DNA of 64,000 bases from Phormidium sp. (GTDB lineage Bacteria; Cyanobacteriota; Cyanobacteriia; Cyanobacteriales; Aerosakkonemataceae), in NCBI GenBank assembly GCA_051013385.1, contig CP143273.1, positions 256,001 through 320,000 on the forward strand. Direction: 5' to 3'. Both the position numbers and the translations under genes were made by a program. This document shows positions 21,597 to 32,124 of this stretch, piece after piece (positions within the stretch are counted from its first letter, which is position 1; every line of letters begins with the position of its first letter). The notes under the pieces are model-generated. The model had not been told where the DNA came from. It ran no database searches and saw nothing but the letters and a program-made list of their open reading frames with translations.

Positions 21597-22676
21597 TTGG
21601 TCGCCTCTAAAGACACACCAGCAAAGACAGAACAACAGCCTTTTATCACCGACCAGGCTGTACTGGAAAAAATCATTATCAGCAAACTGAACACTCGCAT
21701 TTATCCGCGTGGAGAATTAGTACTGCCTTGCGTGCCATCCATGCTAGATAATTACATGAAGCGACTGGAAACACTCTTTGAAACCTTTGGTAGACCTTTT
21801 TCACAAGCAGAATTAGATCAGTTGCGTCAGATTCTTAGTAAAAGACTACAGCAAGGATTTGAAGTTTCTCCCCACTCTAACGTAATCATTAAATACGAGC
21901 CAGCCAAAGCGCCAGAAGTGGGTTTAACTTGCAACATTTCCACAGCCGTTTCTACAGTTGCAGACCAATATAAAAGCTGGGTAGAAAACAGAAAACCCCC
22001 CTTATTTGGTTCTCATCCAGATGCCAAAGTCATGTCTGTGGTAAAAGAAATGAACCAAGACCCTAGTACTACACCAATTTTAGATGTAGGAGCCGGAACA
22101 GGTCGCAACACATTGCCATTAGGAAGACTCGGTTATTTAGTTCACGCTGTAGAATTAACCCCCGCTTTTGTCCAACAAATTCAAGCATCTGTAGAAGCAG
22201 AAAGTTTGCCAATAGTAGTTACTGAAGGTAACATTCTCGACCCAATGGTAAGAATGCGACCTGCACACTATAAATTAGCAATTGTTTCCGAAGTAATTTC
22301 CCATTTTCGCGATGCAGATCAACTGCGACTTTTGTTAGCGAAAATGAGTGATGTTCTGCGTTCAGGTGGGTTATTACTATTCAATACTTTCTTGGCTGTT
22401 GATGGTTATGAACCCGATCGAACTGTCAGAGAAATGGCAGAAATTGCTTGGTCATCTGTATTTACAAGAGCAGATTTAAAATCAGCAATGGAAGGTTTAC
22501 CATTGGAAATAATTTCTGATGACCCAGTATTTGAATATGAAAAAGAAAATTTACCAGAAGAAGCTTGGCCCCCCACAGGTTGGTTTATTAATTGGTCAAC
22601 TGGTAGAGATCTTTTCCCTGTAGCTAATGGTAGACCACCAATGGAATTACGCTGGTTACTTTGCCAACGAACTTAA
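21597..22676 (+). CDS. Class I SAM-dependent methyltransferase
   Basis: ILDVGAGTGRN motif I; TTG start preceded by GGAG at 21584-21587. Confidence 0.85.
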   Translation: MVASKDTPAKTEQQPFITDQAVLEKIIISKLNTRIYPRGELVLPCVPSMLDNYMKRLETLFETFGRPFSQAELDQLRQILSKRLQQGFEVSPHSNVIIKYEPAKAPEVGLTCNISTAVSTVADQYKSWVENRKPPLFGSHPDAKVMSVVKEMNQDPSTTPILDVGAGTGRNTLPLGRLGYLVHAVELTPAFVQQIQASVEAESLPIVVTEGNILDPMVRMRPAHYKLAIVSEVISHFRDADQLRLLLAKMSDVLRSGGLLLFNTFLAVDGYEPDRTVREMAEIAWSSVFTRADLKSAMEGLPLEIISDDPVFEYEKENLPEEAWPPTGWFINWSTGRDLFPVANGRPPMELRWLLCQRT

Positions 22677-22864
22677 ACTAATTGTAGGGTGCGTTACACG
22701 GCGTTAACGCACCAATAATTTTTCACATAAAGCTAATTTCTTAGAGTTGGCGATCGCTCTTTTCAACCATTCCCCAAAGTCAAAATACCTGAGAACATAT
22801 CCACTTTCAGCAATCAACTCAATTTCAAAAAATAACTCTTCATCATCCCCAAATTTGCCTACAA

Positions 22865-23182
22865 TCATATTGTGCCAGCTACTCCTGTTTCATTGATTCG
22901 GAAGATGAAAACAGGAGCATTTGGGTGTTTATTTCGAGACATTTTTACAGCAGCTAATTCATCCCGATCGATAAAATAATCTCCACTCTCAGGTTCAACA
23001 GCAATATACCAGTTGTAATGAGTTTTAATTAACTCTGGTTGCACTCGTTTAAAAATTACTTCGCAACGCTGACGGAAGGCTTTGCTTTCAGCTTGCCATT
23101 GCGCTTTCCTTTCCTCAGACTATTGGATTTCTGGGAAAATTCTGCCTCGTCGTACCACCCGATTAGATTTAGTTTCAGCCAT
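22865..23182 (-). pseudogene. Small conserved cyanobacterial protein interrupted by TAG, followed by a truncated putative aspartyl-protease start
   Basis: Manual translation MAETKSNRVVRRGRIFPEIQ*SEERKAQW...HYNWYIAVEPESGDYFID...FRINETGVAGTI*; stop at 23120-23122; next ORF overlaps at ATGA (MIVGKFGDDEELFFEIELIAESG) and degenerates. Confidence 0.65.
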
Positions 23183-23214
23183 TGGATTTCCAGTGAAAAA
23201 TTATTAGTTTAATT

Positions 23215-23319
23215 TAGGACTTACGCACCATAAGCCAAGAAACCCGGTTTTTCGTTACTACGAAGTACGCTGAAACAACCCAATTACGTTAAAAAACCGG
23301 GTTGGGAGCGTAAGTCCTA
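23215..23319. mobile_element. Small MITE/SDR-like element (same termini as 2852-3001)
   Basis: TAGGACTTACGC...GCGTAAGTCCTA with an inner AACCCGGTTTTT/AAAAACCGGGTT inverted repeat. Confidence 0.7.
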
Positions 23320-23376
23320 TAATTATAAAGCCACCCGACTCGGAGAATCAGGTGGCTTAAATAAATTATCCATCAA

Positions 23377-23694
23377 TTAAATGAAACCTTGTAAACGTTG
23401 AATTAGTTGTGCTGGCTGAACTACACCTTCAATTCTTTCTACAGGATCGGCATTTTTAAACAGGATTAAAGTTGGCAAAGCGTAAATATTATATTGCGAT
23501 GCTAACTCAGGATACTTTTCGGAATTAATTTTCACAATTCTTAACCGATCGCTTAACTGAGCATTCACATCTTCTAAAATCTTTGCCATCATTTTACAAG
23601 GGCCGCACCACTCAGCATAAAAATCCACTAACACAGGCAAATCGGACTGACTTAACAAATCGTCAAAACTTGTGAACTCTTGCTTTGTCGCCAT
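23377..23694 (-). CDS. Thioredoxin (probably y-type)
   Basis: WCGPC active site; start set at MATKQEF. Confidence 0.93.
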   Translation of the reverse strand: MATKQEFTSFDDLLSQSDLPVLVDFYAEWCGPCKMMAKILEDVNAQLSDRLRIVKINSEKYPELASQYNIYALPTLILFKNADPVERIEGVVQPAQLIQRLQGFI

Positions 23695-23787
23695 ATAATA
23701 AAACCCCTTTTTGAACAACCATAAATACATCCTAATTCCTTATTTAAAAAATTCTGTCCGACTAGGGTACAAATCAACCTAAGATAG

Positions 23788-24606
<819 letters not shown>

Positions 24607-24610
24607 CTAA

Positions 24611-24656
24611 TTTTAGATTTTAGATTTTAGATTTTAGGTTCTAAAATCTAAAATCC
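24611..24656. terminator. Heptamer-repeat hairpin after fabG
   Basis: (TTTTAGA)n followed by the inverted CTAAAATCTAAAATC. Confidence 0.55.
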
Positions 24657-24911
24657 AGTAATTACGGACTGCTTTTTGTTCTAAACTTTCTGGACAAACA
24701 CACTTTTGGCGATCGTCAATTTTTGATTTGGTTGTTTTTCTCTTTCTGGCAATCATAAGTTATTTCCTTGCTCAAGCAATTTCATATTTTGAAGTTTGGT
24801 TTAATTTAAAATCTCTAATAATAAATCTAAATTTTTTGAGAGCGAGGTAAAATAAAGTTCCCTTCGCTCTCAAAAATTAGTGCATGAAAATTCTTAGGTA
24901 CTCAAAGGAAC

Positions 24912-25313
24912 TTAAGGTTCCATTTTGACTTTCACTCGACAACCGATGTTGAATATATTAGAACCACATTCCAGAGCGATCGGTTTACCATCATTGTCCT
25001 TCGCACTACAGCTAACGTAACCATTATTATCGGTGTCCCTCATCATACATTCAATGGGTTGAACGTTGGCGTGTTTAGACCAATCTTTCAGCCCTTTAGT
25101 GGCAACTATGTTGACCCAATAGAAATTGAGGGTAAATATGGCAACAGCAAAGATAACTAAAACTGTACCGATGATACCAGCTTTCAGTTTCCAATTATTT
25201 AAAAATCCACTTGTGGTAGCTGGAACTACTTTTTTTGCAGGAGCAGTTGTATCTGTGGGAGTTACAACGGTCGGAGATTGATTTGTTGTTTGTTCTGATT
25301 GAGTTTCAGACAT
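24912..25313 (-). CDS. Hypothetical single-TM protein with 4 Cys
   Basis: One TM segment then ECMMRDTDNNGYVSC...LECGSNIFNIGC. Confidence 0.7.
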   Translation of the reverse strand: MSETQSEQTTNQSPTVVTPTDTTAPAKKVVPATTSGFLNNWKLKAGIIGTVLVIFAVAIFTLNFYWVNIVATKGLKDWSKHANVQPIECMMRDTDNNGYVSCSAKDNDGKPIALECGSNIFNIGCRVKVKMEP

Positions 25314-26215
25314 GGGAGCTTTCCTAATCCATTAACTCAGACTAAACTGGTCAGCGACCACCATCAGAGAAGGTAGTCACAGGACAACTGTAACATCTCC
25401 CATTGTGAGCTTCACTCTAGCATCCCATTTAATTCTCGGTAATTTAATTCTGTTATCAGAAATCTTGATACTACCTTCGAGGTAAAAGCTGTCTTTGATG
25501 TTCTTCTTTTTAAACCTTGGCTAGCTACAAAGATCGTGTTTAGCCACTAAAGTCATCCCAGTAAAACTTGCTGAGTATGTTGCCAGATGTCTAACACAAT
25601 ACATTCTAGCAAAACTTGTTGTTTCCAACAACAACAGCACCCAAACTGGACTTACCGAGTGATTTCCTCTGTTAGTTAATTCAAGTTGGAGAGACAATGA
25701 AAAACTTAGCTTCTGTTGTCTTACTCCCCTTTTTTCAGTTGAGGAAATATCAGTTTTCTAGTTGTTGAGTGCTGTTGTTAGTTAATACAAGAGATAGTAA
25801 ACGAAACAGCTTTTTTCCTCCTTAATTCAATAGTGGGCTTAGGCTGTAATCTCTATCTGAGAAGCTCTAGAAGCTTCAATTATTAATTTACCATCTTCTC
25901 AATCTTCTGCTTAAAAATGATAAATAACTTTACTTTTACCCTGAAACTAAATAATTAGACTATCTCAACTATAGGGAAATAATTCTGGGGAACGGTTTTC
26001 TGCAAAGCCTCGTAACGCATGGAGGTTAGGATCGGGATGATGCACCGCAGGCGATCGCTAACACAGAGAATGTTAAAGAAAGCTCGTGCTATGAGATACC
26101 AAGTGCGATCGCAAATCATGTCATGTCTGACGATAGAACAAATAGGAGAAACGGAATACTAAGCTTGTGGGATAACCTGTTTTGTGTAAGTGCAAAGTTA
26201 TGACATCAGATATTC

Positions 26216-26690
26216 ATGAAGACGATCGCCAAGAAAGCCGTAAATACGACCCTTCTCAAACAACTCAATAGTGGTACAAAACCAACTTCACAAGAACTGT
26301 TCCACTACTTCCCTCCAGCAGTGCAAGACCGACTTTTACAAAACACTTTAGCCGAAAGTATCGTTAGCACTAGTTCCCAAGTAGATCCTACCACTGGACA
26401 GTTATTTGAAGGCGATCGCCTTATCGAACGAGTAGCTCAAAAACACTTTGGCGGAGAAAATAGCAAAGTAGATGCCAACTACTCCGATATCTATGGTAAT
26501 TACTCGCTCAAATCCTACGGAGAGAAAGTGTTACAACTTTATAACTACAACAACAAGGATAATTGCTTGTCTAATTCTCAGAATAGCAATTTTCTTGGTT
26601 CTGCTATTGCAGGGAGTACCACTCGCTTAAAGATTGCATCAATCATTGGTTTGCTAGGTTTAATCGGCTACTTCATGCAATTTCTTCACC
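26216..26690 (+). pseudogene. Chimeric gene remnant
   Basis: The GDRLIERVAQKHFGG...SYGEKVLQLY segment looks like the tail of a larger protein; it is followed by unrelated sequence that runs into an out-of-frame kinase fragment. Confidence 0.4.
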
Positions 26691-26694
26691 CACT

Positions 26695-27228
26695 GACATT
26701 ACCAAAAAAATACCAATTATTTTTATTAGTGCTGCCGACGATGTGTTTGACAAAGTTAAAGGGTTTGAAGTCGGGGGTGCTGACTACATCACCAAACCGT
26801 TTGAATCGATTGAAGTAGTAGCACGAGTCGAACAACAATTAGCGATGCGTCGCTGTCAACAGAAACTATTTGCCAAGAATCAACAACTCGCTACACAGAA
26901 TATTCAACTACAACAGGAAATTAAACAGCGACAGCAGACAGAACGACGTTTGAAAGTTTTTGTCCATGCTGTTTCCCACGATTTACGAAATCCCGTCACC
27001 GGAATTTCATTGTTACTGCAAACTTATCTAAATAACACTACGGCAGATGTTGTACTTGACAGGCAGATTGTCGAAACAATGTTGGATAGTTGCACTCGGC
27101 AACTTCAACTGATTGATTCTTTAGTGGAAACGCAGCTATTAGAAACGTCGCGCTATCCGTTGATCTTACAACCAATATCGCTGCACGCTTTGACCAGTCG
27201 TATTTTGAAAAACTGGGAACCGATGTTT
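26695..27228 (+). pseudogene. Fragment of a hybrid response regulator/histidine kinase
   Basis: Frame reads KKIPIIFISAADDVFDKVKGFEVGGADYITKPF...VSHDLRNP; lacks the receiver N-terminus and the HATPase domain. Confidence 0.8.
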
Positions 27229-27390
27229 GAGTTCGACGGCGGCACTCATTGCTTGTAGACCATCCTGCGGTTGTCCTACAACTTGAAAAGCAGGTTGAGC
27301 AGAAAGTGCGTGCCGTAGCCCTACCTGCAACATCGGGTTATCTTCCACAATCAAAATTGTTTTTGGTTTTATGTCAATCTTGGTAGACAT
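27225..27390 (-). pseudogene. N-terminal fragment of a NarL-type receiver domain
   Basis: ILIVEDNPMLQVGLRHAL...VVGQPQDGLQAMSAAVELK, truncated before the phospho-Asp and fused head-on to the kinase fragment. Confidence 0.7.
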
Positions 27391-27539
27391 TTTATCTCTT
27401 CTCCAAAGAATTGTTTAACGAACTAACTTTTCCGGCAACGTTGGCAAATTCTATCGGTCGCTCGGTAGAAGAAAGAGTTACATTCTTGCACTATCTTGCG
27501 GGAAGCAACGGTAAATTTTAATCATTTCTTTCTTATTAC

Positions 27540-28178
27540 TTAAAGCGGTATTTCCTCAATTTGATCTAGGCTTTTTGCTAGGGCGAGTGCTACATCTGTA
27601 TTTTTTGTATTGGTAGTAATAGATAGGTTCATTCTCTTCACTAACCAATTGCGGGTGAGCTTATGTTGTTTGCTATCCCAGTTAAATACTACTTTTTGAG
27701 CAGTTTTTGTCGGATGGAGTGCTAAAACAATCAGTTGCATTTCATCAGGATTTACTTGAAAATGTTCGGTTGCTACCCATAACTTAATTCGGTCTGAATA
27801 ACTTAGGTTAGGATGACGAATTCCCCATTCAAATAGTCGCGTTCTTCCTTTGATAATCCCTACATTTGTCTGCACTTCTATGAGTGGAAAAGATGAATTA
27901 TTGTTGGCATTCTCCGATTTCCACTCTAATCTAGCTGTAATTGTTAGGTCAACAAAAAGCTTCTTGTGAGGAACAAATAGACTAGGTGCTAGTTCTTTTA
28001 ACGATCTAACCCATTGTTGAAATTGGGGATAGTTGTCAAGAATTGGTTCTACTGGCAATCCCATTAACACTTGTTTGACAAGTAACTGGAATTGTTGTTG
28101 AATGTGGCTAGGAACTAAAGAAGAGGTAGATTTGTGACTTTTAATTGGTTGAAAGTCTGACAAAGTTAGCAGTTTCAT
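27540..28178 (-). CDS. Hypothetical protein
   Basis: Intact ORF of about 212 aa from MKLLTL; no motif confidently recognised. Confidence 0.55.
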   Translation of the reverse strand: MKLLTLSDFQPIKSHKSTSSLVPSHIQQQFQLLVKQVLMGLPVEPILDNYPQFQQWVRSLKELAPSLFVPHKKLFVDLTITARLEWKSENANNNSSFPLIEVQTNVGIIKGRTRLFEWGIRHPNLSYSDRIKLWVATEHFQVNPDEMQLIVLALHPTKTAQKVVFNWDSKQHKLTRNWLVKRMNLSITTNTKNTDVALALAKSLDQIEEIPL

Positions 28179-28274
28179 AGTTTCAGAATGAGTACTAATT
28201 CTGAAACTTAAGTGGCGGTTGCGCCACTGGAACACCTAAGTTTTTGTCGAACGAGGACTGGCGCGAGGTGCAAT

Positions 28275-29117
28275 ATGGCTGGAGAAGATGGAAACAAAGT
28301 CATCATTTTTGACACTACTCTGCGCGATGGAGAATTAATGCCGGGGGTGCAAATTAATGTGGAGCAAAAACTGGAATTGGCTCAGTTTTTAGAATTCATG
28401 AAAGTTGATGTAATTGAGGTAGGATATCCGGCAACTAAAGAGAAAGATTTTGCCGCTCTCTTCCAAGTGGCTCAACTTGTAAAAGATTCGATCGTTTGCG
28501 CTTTAGCTAGCGATAAACTTGAAGAAATTATAATGGCAGCCCAGGCAATTAAACCTGCGGCTCAAGGTAGAATTCATCTTTACACTTCTGTAAATTTAAA
28601 AGATCGATCGATCCATAGTCAAGCAGAAACACTAGCCCGGATTCGAGAAAGCGTGAAAACAGCAAAAAACTATTGTGCAGATGTCGAATGGTCAGCGTTT
28701 GATGCTACTCGCTGCGAACCAGTTTTTCTGTGTCAGGCGGTGGAAACAGCTTGTGCTAGTGGAGCAACTACTATTAGCATTCCTGATAGTTTGGGAACAG
28801 CTTCCCCGGAATCATTTAGTCAACTAATTCAAATGGTACAGCAACGGGTGAGGGAGATCGATCGTGGCATTACACTCTCAGTTCACTGTCATGATGATTT
28901 AGGTTTGGCTGTCGAAAATTCAATAGCTGCTCTCCACAGTGGTGCAAGACAAATTGAATGTTCTATTAATGGGTTGGGAGCGAGGAAAGGAAATGCTGAT
29001 TTAGCAACAGTGGTGAGAGAAATCGTTCGGATGTCTGATTACTATACAAATGTGAATCTAAATCAATTAGATTCAGCTTCCGAATTAGTTAAACAAATCA
29101 TAGAACGAATTCCTTAA
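28275..29117 (+). CDS. Short LeuA-like DRE-TIM metalloenzyme (catalytic barrel only)
   Basis: [19 protein letters not shown] and GLGARKGNA; GAGG before the ATG at 28275; ends without regulatory domain. Confidence 0.8.
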   Translation: MAGEDGNKVIIFDTTLRDGELMPGVQINVEQKLELAQFLEFMKVDVIEVGYPATKEKDFAALFQVAQLVKDSIVCALASDKLEEIIMAAQAIKPAAQGRIHLYTSVNLKDRSIHSQAETLARIRESVKTAKNYCADVEWSAFDATRCEPVFLCQAVETACASGATTISIPDSLGTASPESFSQLIQMVQQRVREIDRGITLSVHCHDDLGLAVENSIAALHSGARQIECSINGLGARKGNADLATVVREIVRMSDYYTNVNLNQLDSASELVKQIIERIP

Positions 29118-29146
29118 ACTAAATATAGGAGCGGGAGGCTATAGCT

Positions 29147-29437
29147 ATGAATATTGATGAGTTACTCAAACAAAAACGAGAAGAAATTCTTTCTCTTGCT
29201 GCACAACATGGTGCATCAAATGTGCGGATATTTGGTTCTGTAGCGCGAGGTGTTGCCAAACCGGATAGTGATGTAGATTTCTTAGTAGAAATGGAGACGG
29301 GGCGAAGTCTTTTAGATCGGGTAGCACTTATACAAGATTTAGAAGACCTTTTGGGCAAAAAAGTTGATGTAGCAAATGTCAAAGGTCTGCGGGATGTGTG
29401 GCGCGATCGTATTTTGAATGAGGCAGTTCCATTGTGA
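29147..29437 (+). CDS. MNT (minimal nucleotidyltransferase) antitoxin
   Basis: IFGSVARG...DSDVDFLV...LGKKVDV. Confidence 0.9.
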   Translation: MNIDELLKQKREEILSLAAQHGASNVRIFGSVARGVAKPDSDVDFLVEMETGRSLLDRVALIQDLEDLLGKKVDVANVKGLRDVWRDRILNEAVPL

Positions 29438-29778
29438 CAAACGATCGGGTTTTTTTAGAAGATATTATCGAACGAATTGAGCGGATTGAATCTTACACGC
29501 TAGGTGGTAGGGAGGTGTTTTTGTCATCAGTTTTGATTCAAGATGCAGTGATTCGTAATTTTGAAGTTATCGGAGAAGCGGTTAAGCAGCTTTCTTTGGA
29601 GTTGAGGCAGAATCATTCAGAAGTTCCTTGACGAAGAATTGCCGGATTTCGAGATGTCCTAATTCACAATTACTTGGGTATAGATTTAGATGAAGTTTGG
29701 AATGTAGTCGAACTAAATTTGCCATAACTCAAGGAGAGAATTTTACTAATTTTACAGGAACTAACCAATGAAACCTGA
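29434..29778 (+). pseudogene. HEPN/DUF86 toxin with two in-frame stops
   Basis: DAVIRNFEVIGEA...EVP*RRIAGFRDVLIHNY...NLP*LKE; TGA at 29629-29631 and TAA at 29725-29727; RxxxxHxY motif lies after the first stop. Confidence 0.85.
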
Positions 29779-29851
29779 AGAGTTTACCGCCGCATTGAAT
29801 CTTTTGGAGAAGCACATTTAATATGCGCTTCTCCAAGTTCACCTAATCGAA

Positions 29852-30010
29852 TTATGTTTCAGTTAATGAGAGCGCATCACATAAAAGCAGTCCCATTTCT
29901 TTAAGCAAACCTTTATTACCATCAGGACAACCAGGTTGAATCAAACATTTAGGACAACCGGATTCACATTCACAATTCCGAGCTAATTCCCCTGCCACTT
30001 TAGCAAGTTT
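29852..30010 (-). pseudogene. C-terminal DUF1998-like Zn-binding fragment of a DEAD/DEAH helicase
   Basis: Manual translation AGELARNCECESGCPKCLIQPGCPDGNKGL, with no upstream helicase body. Confidence 0.65.
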
Positions 30011-30204
30011 GAACAATAGTAATTGTATTTAAGTCTAGGGTTTCTATATTTTTAGCTACTTTTGGCAGAGAACTTAAATGTGTTGCCGCACCAGCAAGAA
30101 GCACTTGATCTCCCGGCCCTTCTACCATTAAATTACAATGGCTAATGTAAACTGAAAAAAATATTTTAAATATTTTATGTATAAGGGTCTAGAGTTCTTG
30201 CTGA

Positions 30205-31002
30205 TTATAATACTGTCAGTACATCACCCGCACAGATAGCTTTGACAAGCGTAGCTAAATCGTGAGAACGAATCCCACCTGACACTTCTACTACACGCTC
30301 TGGTGTAATTTCTTCCCCCATCAGCGATAATTGAGAAAGCAATTGCAAAGCATCTCTTAATCCACCCCCTGAATATCGTGCAATTAGCTTATTTGCTTCC
30401 TCTGTAATGGCGATCGATTCTTGAACAGCTACTCTTGTCAATTGTTCGACAATTGCCTCCATAGACAGTGCTTTAAAGTTAAACGTTTGACAGCGCGAAC
30501 TAATAGTTGGTAATACCTTATGTGCTTCAGTCGTACAGAGAATAAATACCACATGAGATGGTGGTTATTCGATACATTTGAGCAGGGCATTTTGAGCACT
30601 ACTACTAAGTTGATGACATTCATCTAAAACAAATATGCGATACCGACTCATTGCTGGTGCAAAATTGCTGCGTTCGATTAATTCTCTAGCATCTTCTACC
30701 CCATTATGACTAGCTGCATCAATTTCACTTACATCCAAACTATTGCCTGCATCAATTGCTTTACATGATGCACATTTCTGGCAAGGATTTGCTGTCGTCA
30801 CTGGCGAATTAAGACAATTTAACGATTTGGCTAGAATGCGTGCTGTGGAAGTTTTACCTGTTCCTCTTGGCCCAGTAAACAAATAAGCTGGGGCAATTTT
30901 AGCCGAAGTTACTGCATTTGTTATGGCAATTTTGATGGGTTCTTGACCTACTAAACTTGCCAGGTTTTTTGGTCGATATTTGAGTGATAATGGTTGGTGC
31001 AT
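30205..31002 (-). pseudogene. dnaX: DNA polymerase III gamma/tau, nonsense-interrupted and 3'-truncated
   Basis: KYRP, GPRGTGKTS, CQKC..C, EIDAAS, DECH; CIE*PPSHVVFILCTTE continues in the same frame (TAA at 30565-30567); ends after GGLRDA. Confidence 0.9.
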
Positions 31003-31057
31003 TATTTCAGTTTTTCACAAAAGTTCCCAGAGAATCCCCGCTAGGGGAAGGAGGAAT

Positions 31058-31993
31058 ATGTCTAAACAACGCGATGATTATGATAATCCTTGGAAAGAAG
31101 CTATCGCTGTTTACTTTAAATCTTTTATTGCTTTCTTTTTCCCTGATATCTACGAACAAATAGACTGGAAAATCCCTCACGAATTTTTAGATAACGAACT
31201 CAGACAAGTGATGCGGGATGACGAATTAGGACAGTGAGAAGCTGACAAATTAGTTAAAGTTTGGTTAACTAACGGTCAGGAAACTTGGGTATTGATTCAT
31301 TTAGAAGTGCAAAGTCAATACCAATCAACTTTTGCGGAAAGAATGTATGTTTACAACAGTCGCATTTTTGGTATTTACCGGAAAAAAGTGGCGAGTTTAG
31401 CTATTTTAGCCGACTCAGAAAAATCTTGGCGACCCCAAGAGTACAGCTATGAAATCTGGGGAACTAGGGTTTTGTTAAGGTTTTCGATGGTCAAGTTGCT
31501 AGACTATCAGCAGGACTGGCAAACTTTAGAAGCAAGTACTAACCCTTTCGCTCCTCTCGTTATGGCACATTTGAAAACTCAAGCGACAGGTGGAAAACCT
31601 CAAGAGCGGTTGGAGTGGAAATTGAGCATTGTCAAGAGTCTGTTTGAACGAGGTTATAATCGGGCTGAAATCCGTGAATTATTTCGATTAATTGATTGGA
31701 TGATGATATTGCCAGGAGATTTGGAAAGTGGGTTTACTCAAGAAATCAAACGTTTTGAGGAGGAAAATAAAATGCGTTATGCTACCACGCCTGAGCGTTT
31801 AATTGGGTATGAGTATATAACTGAAGTTCTGAAAATTCGGTTTGGAGAAGTACCAAAAGAGTTGGTCGATAGCATTACTGATGTACTAGATTCTGACTTA
31901 CTGAAAACGCTGCATAGGGAAGCTGTTACCGTTGAATCCTTATCTGATTTTCAGCAATTTATCGCTCAGTTCAATCTGCCTAGAAGAGAATAA
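31058..31993 (+). pseudogene. Rpn/YhgA-like PD-(D/E)XK protein with an in-frame stop
   Basis: DYDNPWKEAI...FLDNEL...ELGQ*EADKLVKVWL...LIHLEVQSQ; TGA at 31235-31237; both ORF-track pieces share one frame. Confidence 0.8.
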
Positions 31994-32124
31994 TTATTGA
32001 TTTAAGAGTAATTAGGGAGAGCAGGTAAAGTTATGAGTTTTAAATTGTGAGTTTTGAGTTGAATTCATAACTTAAAACTCAACACTCATAACTCATAACT
32101 TTCTTTTGCTTCTCCCTTTTTCAT

